DNA from: the human T2T-CHM13v2.0 reference genome, Homo sapiens
DNA: 64,000 nt
Reading direction: 5' to 3' (one strand)
Assembly: GCF_009914755.1 (NCBI RefSeq)
Contig: NC_060928.1
Shown here: one piece after another, positions 1-18,848 of the stretch
Position numbering within the stretch: position 1 is the stretch's first letter
Layout of the letters: each line of letters begins with the position of its first letter
Program-made: the position numbers and the translations under genes
Notes under the pieces: model-generated
Told to the model about the DNA's origin: nothing
Databases searched by the model: none
Seen by the model: only the letters and a program-made list of their open reading frames with translations

Positions 1-663
1 CAAAATTAACATATCTAAAGCCGCTCAGGATCTCAACCCAGTGGCTCTCTTCCCCCAAACTCATTCCTTTAGAGCCACAGTTTAAGCCTTCCTTTCACCA
101 ATTCAACTATTGTTTTCCAAATTTATATTCTGTCCTGCCCTCCTCGCCCATCTCCAGCTCCTCTCTGCTCAACCACCAGAATACTATTTTAAAACCAAAA
201 CCAAGTGAGCAGGTTTGTGGTCACTTTCTATGGCATTAGAGTAAGATCGAAGTGGGTAATAACCCCGTCCTATACAATCTGGCCTCCTGCCTTCTTCTGA
301 TCTCTCTATAGCTTTCCCCCATCACTGTCAATCTAGCTGCCTCTAATTCATCACAGCCCTTCCCCCTTCCGTGGCCAACAGAGCTCTTCTCTCATATTTT
401 TGCAATTCCAGCTGCCTCTTCTTTCTTCTCTTCAGTTCTCAGCTCAAATGTCTTCCCAAGAGAGACCTTTCCATCACTACTCAATTTGAAATACCTTCCC
501 ACTACTCATCTCCTTATTTTATTTTCTTAGTAGCGAAAAGATTTTATCTTTCTATGAACAAGTTTACTTGTGGGTCACTCTCCATCCATAAGAAACTAAG
601 TCCTTGAGATGCCCTGTGTCTACATCTGACATACTCGATGCACAATAAATATTGTAAACGATA
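1..663 (+). mobile_element. LINE-2 3' fragment
   Basis: L2-like motifs TCTCAGCTCAAATGTC and terminal CAATAAATATTG..AATG. Confidence 0.6.
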
Positions 664-903
664 TTTTATGTTAAACCAGTAAAAATTGAAGGTGTAATGA
701 GAGAGGGACAGAGACTAAATATTTTTACAGAAACAGCAAAGGAAAATTGACGAATTAAGTCCCCAGCATGTTGTCTACCCTTATTTTGTTTTTCCTAATA
801 TTTTTCTTCAGGCTTTTTCCTGATAACACACAGATACACACACACACACATAGATTCTAAGATCAAGTTTAGAAATCTAAAGAAACAATTATTAAGAAAA
901 TGA

Positions 904-1350
<447 letters not shown>

Positions 1351-1369
1351 CCATCAGGAAGGCGTCTGT

Positions 1370-1530
1370 GAAGTTTCTTATCATATTCACACAATTAATC
1401 TCATTAGAACCACCTGAGTTTATTAAAACGCAAGCCTCTTCACAGGGTCTCTGATTCCAGAAATCTATGGTGGGGTCCGTAATTTACATTTTTAATGGAC
1501 TCCCAGAAAATGCTTAATAGCCCTGACCTT
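1370..1530. mobile_element. MER5-like hAT-Charlie MITE
   Basis: CATTAGAACCACCTG...TCTGATTC...CATTTTTAA..ACTCCCAG resembles MER5. Confidence 0.5.
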
Positions 1531-1897
1531 GGTTGGATAAATATCTTGTTTTATCTCCAATGCCATGTACAGTGCCTAACACCTCTAGCTCCTTAAGGTT
1601 TGGGGTTTTCTTTCTTAATGAATCTAGTGTATATTGACAATTTCACAGGAAAGAAGCCTTCGAGCTAACACTCAAGACTGTGTTTGTTCCTTAGTAGAAA
1701 ATAATGCCTGACTTGTTAGTTTCTAGAACGTTGGAGAAGTGTTCATTCCAGTATCTGTGGAAAGAAAAACCAAGAGTAGGGATAACTGCCTATGGAATCT
1801 GTCACAGATGGGAGGTCAGGGAACAATCCCAGATAATTCATACTTGATATTTGGCTTCAGTGAGGAGGAACTCTTCACAGCTTTCTAAGTTTTATAG

Positions 1898-2437
<540 letters not shown>

Positions 2438-3356
2438 TAGACCACATTTATTCCTGTGCCCCCCTCCCCTCCTCAGCCAGTCCATCCTCCTTTACTTCTC
2501 TTATTTTTCTAATCCAATCTTCCTTTCTCTTCTAAGCCTGGGTACAGCCAACGTCTGTGAAGATACTCACACATACTTGTTGTCAGACACTCTGTCATTT
2601 ACTCTCACCATCCCTTGAGCTTTCATAACTCTTGAGCTTACTCATCTTGACAAGAAAACTTTGTAATCTTTGAATCAAATGGAAAATAAACATCAAGCAT
2701 ATTGTCAGGTTTTGAAGTCTCTTAAAGCCTGTTTTAGAGTATTAAATGCTTAAATAAATACTTATTAAAGCCTGTTTTACTATTAAATAAATATTTATTA
2801 ATAATTAAATTATTAATTCTAGAAGAGTCAATATTTTAAGATAATTCTAAAAACATTACAAAAAAGTGTGCTAAACCCTTATTTACTGTTACATGCCCCA
2901 CCTGTTGCATGCTCCAACCCCGTGAGGTACATCTGCAGCTGATGAAGTAGATGACGTAGAGATTAAGTCACGGGATTAAGTAATTGACCAAGAGCACTGG
3001 GTGCAGAAAATTGAAGATATGGAATTTGAATCGGGTGCCAAATTTCATGATATTTCCTTATTATAATTATTTGTCCTTATTAAATATTAATCAAATGGCT
3101 TGACAATTTACAAAAAAGATGCCTCAAATTTGTATGACAATTTATCACGAGATGCTTTCATAGGGCTAGAGTAATCACATTACAAGGAACACAGATCATT
3201 TTAAGGTAGTTAGATTTTTCATAGGAAAACTTTTCATTAAAATGAAAATCCTGAAGAAATGTAGTTTTTTTTCACTGTCAAAGAACAAATACAATTATGA
3301 ATGAGTGAGTCATTGTTCTCCTGAGTCATTTCATGAACTTATAACAGTCGTATCCC

Positions 3357-3610
3357 AGCCGGGCACTCTGGCTCATGCCTGTATCCCCAGCACTTTGGGT
3401 GACCGAGGCGGGTGGATCACTTGAGGTCAGGAGTTCGAGACCAGCCTGGCCAACATGGGAAACCTCATCTCTACTAAAAATACAAAAATTAGCCGGAAAT
3501 TGCTTGAACCCAGGAGGCGGAAGCTGTAGTGAGCCAAGATCGTGCCACTGCACTCCAGCCTGGGCAACAGAGCAAGACTCGGTCTCAAAAAACCAGGACA
3601 AAACAAAAAC
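3357..3610 (+). mobile_element. AluS with ~50-bp internal deletion in the right arm
   Basis: AAAATTAGCCGG joins directly to AATTGCTTGAACC. Confidence 0.9.
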
Positions 3611-3988
3611 AGTCCTGTCCCCTTTGTTAGCCACATCACCTTCACCACTCGCCCCAGGCTGGCATACTCTCGGCTTCTGGGTGGGATGAGTATGGCTGGT
3701 GCCAAACAAGGCTGTATTTGTTACTTTGGACCAAATCTGCGGCAGGAGACTACCACCTCCTCCCATTCCAGAAAAGAACAGCTGGAGGCGGGGGTGTGCT
3801 GGTTGTGGTCCCAGTGTTATCACTCATCTGGAAGGTGTGGCTTCTCTCTGGCTCCTTTTCTCCAAGGCTGCTCCATTAGAAGCAGGGGCTTGGCTCTCAC
3901 TGGTTTACTTCCCACAGCTCTAAGAGGTCCAGAAGTCATGTTCAACTGCTTCTTCCTTGCTTAAGAAAGCATTAAAACTTAAGAATCA

Positions 3989-4600
<612 letters not shown>

Positions 4601-5393
4601 GAATCAAACATTATGGTCGCCCTCATGATAGCACAGTTACCCATTTGTTGTTGTAAGTCAGTGCATGCTTATCTGAACCCAACATGTTCAGTTTGCTTGC
4701 ACTCTTTTGTAAGGAAGATAATCCTCCTAACAATTCCAGCAGAATTAAGAGGTCACCTTCACCTCACCTATTACAACAGCGGGACAAGCCCTATCGGTTT
4801 TCACCAGACAGAATACCCTCAGCAAAAGGAACGGGCTGGTTTAACTGAAATCAGTGAATCCTGAGCAAATAAACTTCGGATTTTTGCCAAAGTTCACAGG
4901 CTGAGGAAAGCATCATGTCTCATGGATGAAGTTAGACTGACGTGGGCTCTGATTCCAGCTTGGCCACACACTTGTCATGACCTGCAGCAAGCCACTGAAC
5001 GCTGAGCATCACTTGCACCATGAGTCACCGTCACCATCTTCCACAAGTCTCTGAGCATTAGGAGAGGTTCGATGAAACACACGTAGGAGCGAGGAGGGTG
5101 GTAATGAGAACAGAAATTGCTCTCTGAATGAGTATGCTTCCTCTCCTCACCCAGAGTCATTCTTTTCAGCAAAGTCAAGAGCACGGCCCTCTACATAAGG
5201 GAGAGTGCAGCCGGGAAGGTGATGGAGGTGGTAGAGATGAATTATTGGCATATGGGAAATAAAGAGATCTTTGATGCCCTTTTCAGTTTCTTTTGTTTAA
5301 TAATATATATATTAGTAATGTAGTAATTGCGTAATTGATATCAAGGCATATATTCAGCTTTTATTAATGTAATGTTTATCTGAAAACTTTTAG

Positions 5394-5699
<306 letters not shown>

Positions 5700-5786
5700 A
5701 CTGGTATAAATTTTTAGGAAGAATTTTTTTCTGTTCCATTATAGTCAATTTCAACAATAAAGCCTCATTGTCAAGATATTAAAATC

Positions 5787-5950
5787 GCTGGGCATGGTGG
5801 CGCCCACCTGTAGTTCCAGCTACTTGGGAGGCTAAGGTGGGAGGATCTCAAGCCAGAGAGGTCGAGGCTGCAGTGAGCTATGATTGTGCCCCTGCACTCC
5901 AGCCTGGGTGACAGAGTGATACCCTGTCCCTAAAATAAATAAGTAATAAA
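5787..5950 (+). mobile_element. Alu right monomer (FRAM/AluJ)
   Basis: Single right arm with A-rich tail. Confidence 0.85.
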
Positions 5951-6184
5951 AATGTAACAAGATACTAAAATCTACATGCTGCTCACTATCATTGGAGGAT
6001 ATGCATCTTTACACCCTCCTGAAAGAAGGAGTCAAAAAGCCTCCTCCACACTTTAAAGTTATGTGATAATCTGGATACCCTTCAGGACCTGGACCTGTTT
6101 AAAAAGACTGGCATCAAATGTTGTAAGGGATTGGATCTCAGAGAAAAAAGCAGCTTTATAAATAAACTTGACCAGAAGTTATTA

Positions 6185-6527
<343 letters not shown>

Positions 6528-7084
6528 TTTTATGTCATCAAAATATTTTTACAAAACCAGGTGTTAGTCTTGCAGAACTTAATGCAGTTGAGTTAATTTA
6601 TTCAACCTACTCAATTTAGTACACAGTAGGGTTGTACTACTGTGAACATAGTTTCATAGTCTGATTGGAATGAATGAAGAAAGATGGCTGAGAGACAAAA
6701 TAAATCAATAAATCAGTACTATCCATCTTCTCTCAAAATATAATTCAGGAAATCCTTCTCCAAATCCACCTTCAATAGTAGCCCTAGTAGTGATGTAAAC
6801 AAGAGTATTTCCTCAGCATACTCAGTCCCTTTACTAAACTTTACACTACATTTCCTGGCTGCGACGGCTTAGCATGGATCCGTTGATCAGTATTGTCGGT
6901 GCAATCCTGGAGAGACACTGCTTTTTTGCTTCTCTTGTTAAAGTGGTTAAAGTGAATGTTAAGTAGAAAAAGGGCGTGGTTTGCTAGGGTGAAAGCAGCA
7001 CAGAGATAGAAAACATCAGGGCCACCCTGAGTAATGCACATTTAAATTTAACCAGGTAGGATATAAACTATGGATTGCTTCTTA

Positions 7085-7775
<691 letters not shown>

Positions 7776-8181
7776 GGATACAAACATGAAGTTATAGAAA
7801 AGTAGTGGAGATCATGTAGTAAAGTAAAAAGATCTTATGGATATAACTCTTTGGGAAAAGTTATAAACACAAATATTTTAGTAAACATTGTAAGACTAAA
7901 CTAGCTAATGCAAAAGACTGTTTTCTAAGATTCGGAAGTTTACACGGGATACATCTACCTAGGCCTAGTGTGCTTTCTCAGGTTTTGTTTCTTTAAAAAC
8001 TTAATAATTCTCTTGGTATTATATTCTCAAAAAAATTGTCTGCAAATGATTTTAGTTGAGCATCCCTCTTGCAGGTAGAAGAAGGATAAATCTGACAGAA
8101 ACATCCATGGGCTGTATGTAGTAATCACAGTTCGTGTGTGTGCATGTGAATAAAATATGTTTCTTTCACATTATTAAATCG

Positions 8182-8474
<293 letters not shown>

Positions 8475-8589
8475 ACATTATTAAATCTTAATATTTATAT
8501 CATTTCCACTAGTGTAGATGCTAACTTAAATGCTTGGTCTTGATCTCTGATCATTACCAAGTCAATATATCTAATACTTAAAATTAATG

Positions 8590-8848
8590 TTTTTCCCTCT
8601 GTTGCTGAGGCTGGAGAGCAGTGGCACCAACACGGCTGACTGCGGCTTTGACATCCTGGGTTCAAGCAATCCTCTCACCGGAGCCTCCTAAGTAGAGACA
8701 CACGCCATTGCACCTGGCTATTTTTTCACAAAGTTTTTTGTAGAGACAGAGTCTGGCTTTGTTTCTCAGGCTGGTCGCAAACTCCTGGCCTCAAGTAATC
8801 CTCCCCGCCAAAGTACTGGGATCACAGGCGTGAGCCACGGCGCTGGCC
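8590..8848 (-). mobile_element. AluJ (diverged)
   Basis: Alu consensus with deletions. Confidence 0.85.
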
Positions 8849-9655
8849 CTGTTAGAACATAGAGCTAGCTTTGTCAATGCTTTTTCATCAGTAGTAGGTA
8901 GAATGTAGGGACTGGTTAAATGTTACGGTGATTACAATCTTGAAAGAAAGTAAGTGGTATCATTACTGCCAAATAACTTCTTCTTTAGCCTGTAACTATT
9001 TCAGTGCGCATTATGATTGTAATTAGAAACAATGGAGGCAGGAGCCAGGCCTACATTTTATCTATTATTCTATCTGCTTAGTGCAAAAGTCCCTGACTCC
9101 TAATCCAGGATTTTTTTTTCTCAGAGGGTTAAAAATAGTTTTCTTTTTAAAGATTTGTGGACTGGGCAGACAATTAATGGTACAGAATCCCCACGCATAT
9201 TGTGGGAATGAAAAAAAAGAAGACAGGATGCAGAGTTCTAATGGCACAATTGGCAAACAGAGTAGGAGGCAGTCTCTAATAGCATCATAAACGAAAACAG
9301 CCCCCAAATACCTAGGAAGAGCTCTTCCTTGTCTGTAACAAGCTTTGTTTGAGGAACTAATAGTAAAGAATGTGGTTACAGAAAATACAGTGGTGTCTGC
9401 CAAGCACCTCGGCAAATACAAATCCACACTGGAGAAAGAGACGACTTTGTCTTCCGAGATACCTGCCCGACTCCTACTGCTCAGCCACGCTTCTCTCCCA
9501 CACGCACCCCCAGTAATGACTCCAGAGGTCAAGTTCTGAGTTCTCACGATGGCAGGAGAATCAGCCTGTCAAGACGGTCACCTCGATTAACCACACACTG
9601 CAAATCTGAGGACTCCGTGAGGGAAGGGCTCTGTTCCTATCCAGGGTTTAGGCAC

Positions 9656-10200
9656 TGGGATTAGAGTTCTCCAGAAAGACACAATCAGTAGGATAGGTAG
9701 AGAGATGCATGAGAGGAGGTGTATTAGGGGAACTGGCTTATGCTATTAGGAGGCTGATAAGTCCCAGGATGCGACACACCCTGGTGTGTCAGCTGGAGGG
9801 TGTGTCTCCAGCCGGAGACCAGCCACGTGTGAAGGCCTTAGAGCCAGGGAGGCCGATGGTGGGGCTCGTGGCCAGGGCTGAAGCCCTGCAAACCCCGGCT
9901 GCTGCTGGTGTAAGTCCTGGGGCCCAAAGGCCTGGGAACCCCGAGTTCTGGTGAACAAGGACAGGAGAGGAAGAGGGCCTGCATCCCACCACAGAAGATG
10001 GACACACAGATTCACCTTTGCTCTGTTTTTGCTCGCAGTGCCCACCCGATTGAGGGTAGATCTTCCCCATCCCCTCCAGTGTGACTCTCACCCTCATCTT
10101 TTCCAGAAACACTTTCACAGACACACCCCAAATAATGCTTTCCCAGGTTTCTAGGCATTCCTTAATTCAGCCAAGTTGACACCTAAAATCAATCGTCACA
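9656..10200 (-). mobile_element. MLT2-family (ERVL) solo LTR
   Basis: Ends ATTAGAGTTCTCCAGAAA and AAGTTGACACCTAAAATCAATCGTCACA match the reverse complement of MLT2 termini. Confidence 0.8.
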
Positions 10201-10243
10201 ATGCGGGGGAAAAAAGCATAGCCCCCACCACAGCAATGTATAG

Positions 10244-10601
<358 letters not shown>

Positions 10602-10699
10602 ACTCTGTAGAGTCTCAAAGAGAGAGGGTGTACCCTTCTCCTCTTGAGCCTGGCTTCAATGTAAACATAATGATAGAAACTGGGTCATCAGATATCCTG

Positions 10700-10860
10700 T
10701 AGGACGGAGGCTGTATGTGTCGAAGAAACGAGAGTCGAGGTCCCTGAATTCATTCTGCCTACTGGGTATTAAATGAGGAAAATAAACTTCCACCCGTTTT
10801 AAGCCACTGTTACTTTGCTTTTTACTGTCACACATAGCTGAAGCTAGTACATTGGATACA
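10700..10860 (+). mobile_element. MLT1 (MaLR) LTR 3' fragment
   Basis: AAATAAACTTC..TTTAAGCCACTGTTA..GATACA terminus. Confidence 0.55.
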
Positions 10861-11558
10861 TTGACTGTCCTAAAGTTAAGATCTGGAAGATCTAACATGG
10901 ACAGCTGAGCATGGGATTTATTTGAGTTTGGGATAACTCATGGGATCATTCTGAGTTTTTTGGCAGTGATGGCGAGGGGAGGTGGCTTAGGAACAGGAGA
11001 TAAAGCTATGGAAAAAGCAGTGTTAATCGTGGAGGAGGACTCAGACTGTCTCTGCCTTCTAGACTATGTGGCTTTAATAATGAAGAGCTGCAACATAAAA
11101 CCTGCGAACCAAAAGCATTTTCTTGAAACTGATAGTTCCTGAAAAGAGAGAGGATAGAAGGAAACCGCTATTTCTATCTAAGTCCTGTGTCCCATGGACA
11201 GTTTCATTTGATTTTAATCCTGTATGGGTAAGCCTTGGTCTTTTCCCTTGACTGCTCCAAGCTTGGAGGTGCAGTACAGTGATAGAACAGCCGTGAATCC
11301 AGGCCAGCTCACCTGCGCCACTGCTGACTTCGCCTGAAAATTCTCTCATCCGTTCTTACCATCTTGCTGCATGCTCAGGCCTTCTCAAAACCACCTTGGG
11401 GACGTTCTTCATCTTGGAATGGTGCCTGTGAACAAAGATGGAGTTATTCTGTTTAGGTAATGCTAAGAAAAAAATTTGTTTTCCTTACTCCCTTCCCTCA
11501 CTGGATGCCTGCAGTAAGTAGGCCATCCCTTAGACACAGGCAGATAGAGAAGAGGCAC

Positions 11559-12467
<909 letters not shown>

Positions 12468-12488
12468 GACACTCCACTGAACTGCTCA

Positions 12489-12887
<399 letters not shown>

Positions 12888-13231
12888 CTAACTCAAAATT
12901 ATTTTATTAGACCAAAATGATAGCCTCAACACAAACCTAGAATAGCTTTGACACAGAACTTAACCTAGAAAGAAAATATACTCGGTGAGGATTTTTTCAT
13001 GAGAAAGTAGTAAATTTTACCCTTCCCCTACAAGGGTGAAACCCTCTCCCTGAACCAAAGTTCTTTAGAAGATACAAAGTATTTATTTTCCAAAAATTCA
13101 CCCTACTTGTCACTATACCTGTTCACACAAGACAATGAACTAAATGTCTTCACATGTTCAGTGAAATGAGCACAAATTGCTACCAGTTTCAGTAGTTTTA
13201 CATTTTATTTTAAGAATTTTCTTATTTTAAG

Positions 13232-13334
13232 AAAACGTGGAATGCTTCACGAATTTGGGTGTCATCCTCGCACAGGGGCCTTGCTAATCTCTGTATAGTT
13301 CCAATTTTAGTTTATGTGCTGCTGAAGCGATCAT
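13232..13334 (-). pseudogene. U6 snRNA retropseudogene (full length, diverged)
   Basis: Reverse complement matches U6 end to end (GTGCTCGCTTCGGCAGCACAT...ACAGAGA...AAATTCGTGAAGCGTTCCATATTTT) with several substitutions and a 3-nt deletion; decayed A-rich tail at ~13195-13230. Confidence 0.93.
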
Positions 13335-13860
13335 GGTTTCCGTTTTTTTCTGACCAGATTCTGCATAAGAGAAGCCTCCTGCAGGTATTGACAGATTCTT
13401 GCATTTTCTTTGTTTTTCTCCACTTCCTACTCATTCACGAGAGGTTTCACGTTTGACTACTGGTAGTTAACTGTGTAATCCACGTGGTTGAAGTTCGTTC
13501 CACGAAGTTAGTGGCGTACCCGCTCTCAGTCTTACAGAGGCTAACAACAGGTAGTCACAGATTGTTACCTGTGGCTTTCCACTTTAAGGAGATAAATCCT
13601 TCTTCAAAGGAAATCCGACACACAGCACACACACACGTAGTTGAAATTCTCATCCAGCCCTTTGTTTATCCAGCATCTGTTTGTTGCTACTCTCCATATA
13701 TATGCACAGAACTGTTAGAATGCAATTTGTGGAGAAAAATAAAATACCCACACACACACACACACACAGTCCCCTCCTCTTGGGCCAGTTATTCTAGACT
13801 GCAGGTTGCTATGTCAGTTGAATTAACCATGACCAGTACTAAAAAAAAATACGATATTTG

Positions 13861-14150
13861 GGCCGGGAGTGGTGGCTTACACCTGTAATCTCAGCACTTT
13901 GGGATGCTGAGGCGGGCAGGTCATTTGAGGTCAGGAGTTCGAAACCAGCCTGGCCAACATGGTGAAACCCTGTCTCTACTAAAAAATATTAAAAAATTAG
14001 TCGGGCATGGTGGCACGCCCCGTAATCCCAGCTACTCGGGAGGCTGAAGCAGGAGAATCCTTGGAGTGGGAGGTGGAGGTTGCAGTGAGCCGAGATTGCA
14101 CCACTGCACTCAGCCAAGGCAACAGAGTGAGACTCCATCTCAAAAAAAAA
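13861..14150 (+). mobile_element. AluS
   Basis: Alu consensus. Confidence 0.95.
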
Positions 14151-15059
14151 GATTCAGGGCACTTTTTCTGCAGCAAAGATAAAAGTGTTTCATCAGTTGC
14201 ATGTCCCATGTCGTGTAAAACTGTGTTTCTTCCAGTGGGTCGTGGTGAATAGTATGAAAAGCACTGACATAAGGGAGTTACAGTCTAAGGCAAGAGACAA
14301 ATGGCAACACTAAGGCATTGAAGGAGAGATAGGAAGAACTATGAGCTCTTGTATCAGAGGGGGAACTTAATTAACCAAGGAGACTTGGAAATGCTTCCCG
14401 GAGGAAGCTCAAGCTGAGAAGCAATAAGTGGGGTAGATGCCCTTTACCCTGAGGTATCTTCCATTAATCCTCGCAGCTCACTTCTAAAAGTAGTCATCGC
14501 TGGGCAAATAGATGAACGAAAGCTTGCTTTCTTCTTCAAAATGATTGGTGGTTTAAAAGGAAAACTATTACCGAGTACAAAACAAATAAATTTTTTGTTT
14601 CTTCTTTTTTTTTCTTTTTCCTTTCTTTTAATTTTTTTCTTTGTTTCTTCTTATCATCTAGAAGTGCCTTTGGTCTGGTCCTTTCAAAATCTTGAGGGTT
14701 TTGCAAAGGTTAGCATTTTACATGGAGGTTTCCATGGCTCTGTAGCAGATCTTATATCATAAGTGAATTTATATAAAGGTTAGGGGAGCCACAAGGGCAG
14801 TATTTTTATACGTAGACTATCTGGAAGGTTTGTATTTATAAAGCCAAACCCCAAAATAGGTTTTCTTAAACTTTTAAGTTTGTTTAGAGTTGTTATATAA
14901 TTCTAGTAAATTTTACCACTCAAAGACCCTTATGCTTGGTCTCGTTTACAAAGCTAGACCATTTTATATAGTGAGGATATAGTTATCAATGAACGTAGTC
15001 AATATTTTTAAATAGTTTAATTGTCTGACTTGAAAAATATCCTTCCTCAGCAAGAAATT

Positions 15060-15364
<305 letters not shown>

Positions 15365-17111
15365 AAAATTCTTATATGATAAATCAAACTTATAAAAATA
15401 GTGAACCTGATATTCTGAAACATCACAATGCTTTGTATATATTTAAACCTCAACTTAGAATCACAAATCTAAATCAATGACTCAATTATATGTTTTACAT
15501 TGGAGTTACTTGGTTATTTCCATAGCTGAGTTCTCCTAAATATCACAAGCAAAACTAAATAGATTTTTACATATCCAAAAGTACGAAGACTCTGGTTATG
15601 GTACTTCTTTCAGTTAAAAGGCACTAGCCTTCTAGGGAATCACTGTCATTGGGTTGGACATTTCAGCTGGGCGTGAACTCTAAGGCAGCAGATACCCAGG
15701 GTGCTTCTCCTCAGCACCCACCACGGAACTGACCTCCCACCACATGATGCTGATGCTTCCCTTCCTATGTGATTTTTTGGTATTTCTTTTGCAGCCTGCT
15801 TGAAGTGACATAATGACCAGATACGTTTGTGAGGATGCTGACTGGGATTTGGTCAGAGGCCCCGGTAGGCCCACTGAATTCTTACCGTACATCAGTGACC
15901 TCATAACCTTTCAAGCTTTCTATTCATGAAGCTCAAAACACCCCTCTCAGTAACATACACACATCACTTGATAGATTTTGCATTTTCTTGGCTCTTAATA
16001 TACTCAAATGCCTTTTTCATTTAAATCTAGAGTTTGATCTGGATGAAATACTGCATTTTTCCATATATAGGCATTTCTGCTACGTGCAATGTATTTTCCT
16101 AACAAACAAACAAAAAGACACCCCACTCTGCCAGATAATGTATTAAAATAATAGTGCTTCCATAAGAGTTAGAGTGGAACACTCAATCCCTATACAACTC
16201 AAACCAGATGCTTACAAAATGTTAACAGCCCTTAAAAAAAGGCCACATATAGAGTCGAGGACACATAAACTTCTAACAACGACAAAAACAAAAATACAGG
16301 GTAACTATTGAATCTGCTTTTTTTGGAAGTGAAAGTTATTTGATAAGAAATTTGGGAAAGGGTTGAGGCTGCCGAGTTAGGGTGGCCAGGACAAGAGGCA
16401 CATAGGAACAGCAAAATCAGCATCTCTATGACAGAGTATCTGGTCAAACTGAGCCAAGAAGAGTGTGGTGTGGATGGCTGTCGTGATCTCATCATAGCAG
16501 AGAGATCACCCCACTGAGGGCTTGCTGCCTTGGCTGCGTTAGTGTTCTCTGCCTTCGACTGCTCTTACTTACAACCAAACTTCAGTGTGCCAGGGAAAGG
16601 TCATGTTTGAATCAACATGATTTTCTTGTCATACTAAAACAAGTCCTTTACTTTGCATTATAGAAACATGTTATTTTTAGCCCTACAGTTGATTTCTAAT
16701 CCTTGTAGGACAATTCCCAAGGATGTTTAAGATCTATTTGAACTTTGAGTTTCACCTGCCTTCTATAATCATGACAGTGGAGACTCCCCATTCTACATAT
16801 TCTTTCTGGACAGTTACCTGTGATCTAGTCTTCAGCTACCTTCTGTATGCCAGAACTTCATCTCTAGTTTAGGTCCCTCTGTTCGTCTTCAGGCTCATAA
16901 GGATGTACATATTGATCACTGGAGCTCTCTATCCAGATATTGTGCAGGACACCTCAAAGTCAAGGTGTCCAAGATGAAACATGTACATATATATACACCA
17001 TTCTCTCCCCGTGTCAAAGGCAACCACATCCACTGAGTTTTTCAGGAATGCCAGTATTGTCTAGGAAAGACTATCTGCGTCATATTTCTATAGTTAATTA
17101 CTAAGTTTTAG

Positions 17112-17415
<304 letters not shown>

Positions 17416-18461
17416 TGTCTAAGACTTTATACAACATTAAAGTCCACTTATCTCTATCCCACTGCCACTACCCCAGCCCAGCTTCTAGCTGAGAACTGCA
17501 ACCAAATATCAAGTTTTGTGACAGTGTAAACTATTTTGATCCCAACCTGAAGCCAGTCAAAATAAATAAATAAATAAATAAAAAATAATCTTTCTCTGCC
17601 AATCTCTTGTTTACCACTTTGGTGGATATATATTTACTTTGGAATTAAGTACACATTTTTTAGATGTGCAAGGCCCTGCCTATTTTCTCCCAAATAACTT
17701 TTGCTGATGAGGAGCTTGACTTACTCCTCCTTCCAGTCCTTTCTACGTAATAATGGTGCCCTCTGAGCCTTCTTGTTCCTTCAAACCCTATTAGGATGGA
17801 AGAAGTGACGCTTGAGTAGAATCCTTAACTATTTCTTTGAAACTGTTTCTGGCTTTGGTGCTTTGTGTACTCACTACAGCCATTTTACCATAGTTTCTAG
17901 ATCATGACCGTCCAGTGACTTTTCTGACTCTTCCATGAGGATAGTTTCCTTGAGGCAAGAACTCGCTATATTTTCTGGCCTTTATATAGTTTGGATGCTC
18001 ACATTTGGCCAAATTGGTGTTTACACTGTGGTGAGGAGAAGCTGCAGCCTGTGACCCTGGACTCACTGAAGACTCCTCGTTAATCAAGCGGCCATCCTTA
18101 TTCGGAAGAGCCCCAAGCATACTCACCTGTTCATTTTTCTCTGCCGAGGCAGTTGTCCGCTTGTGAGACCATTGCCTTGTGTAGAGAATTCCGGATTTCT
18201 TGGGCCTCATTCTGAAAAGGATAACGATTATCCTCTCTTGGAGGTTGCTATGCTAGAGCTATAAAGTCAAAAGTAAGCATAAATTTAGGCGTGAATTAGA
18301 ATGTGGAAATTAGCATTACTGTCAGTCAAAACGGGGCTTTTGGGGCTCCTGAGTCTCCGTTGTTGACAGGTCAGGGATAGAGAATGAATGAGCTAGTAGG
18401 AATTGTTTTGAAGACCCCACGTCTTCAAAGACGGAAAGAATGATCAAGAATGAACCCCTGA

Positions 18462-18848
<387 letters not shown>

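Noticed and set aside
10155-10180. DUX4 site in the MLT2 LTR
   Set aside because: TAATTCAGCCA differs from TAAYYYAATCA at two core positions
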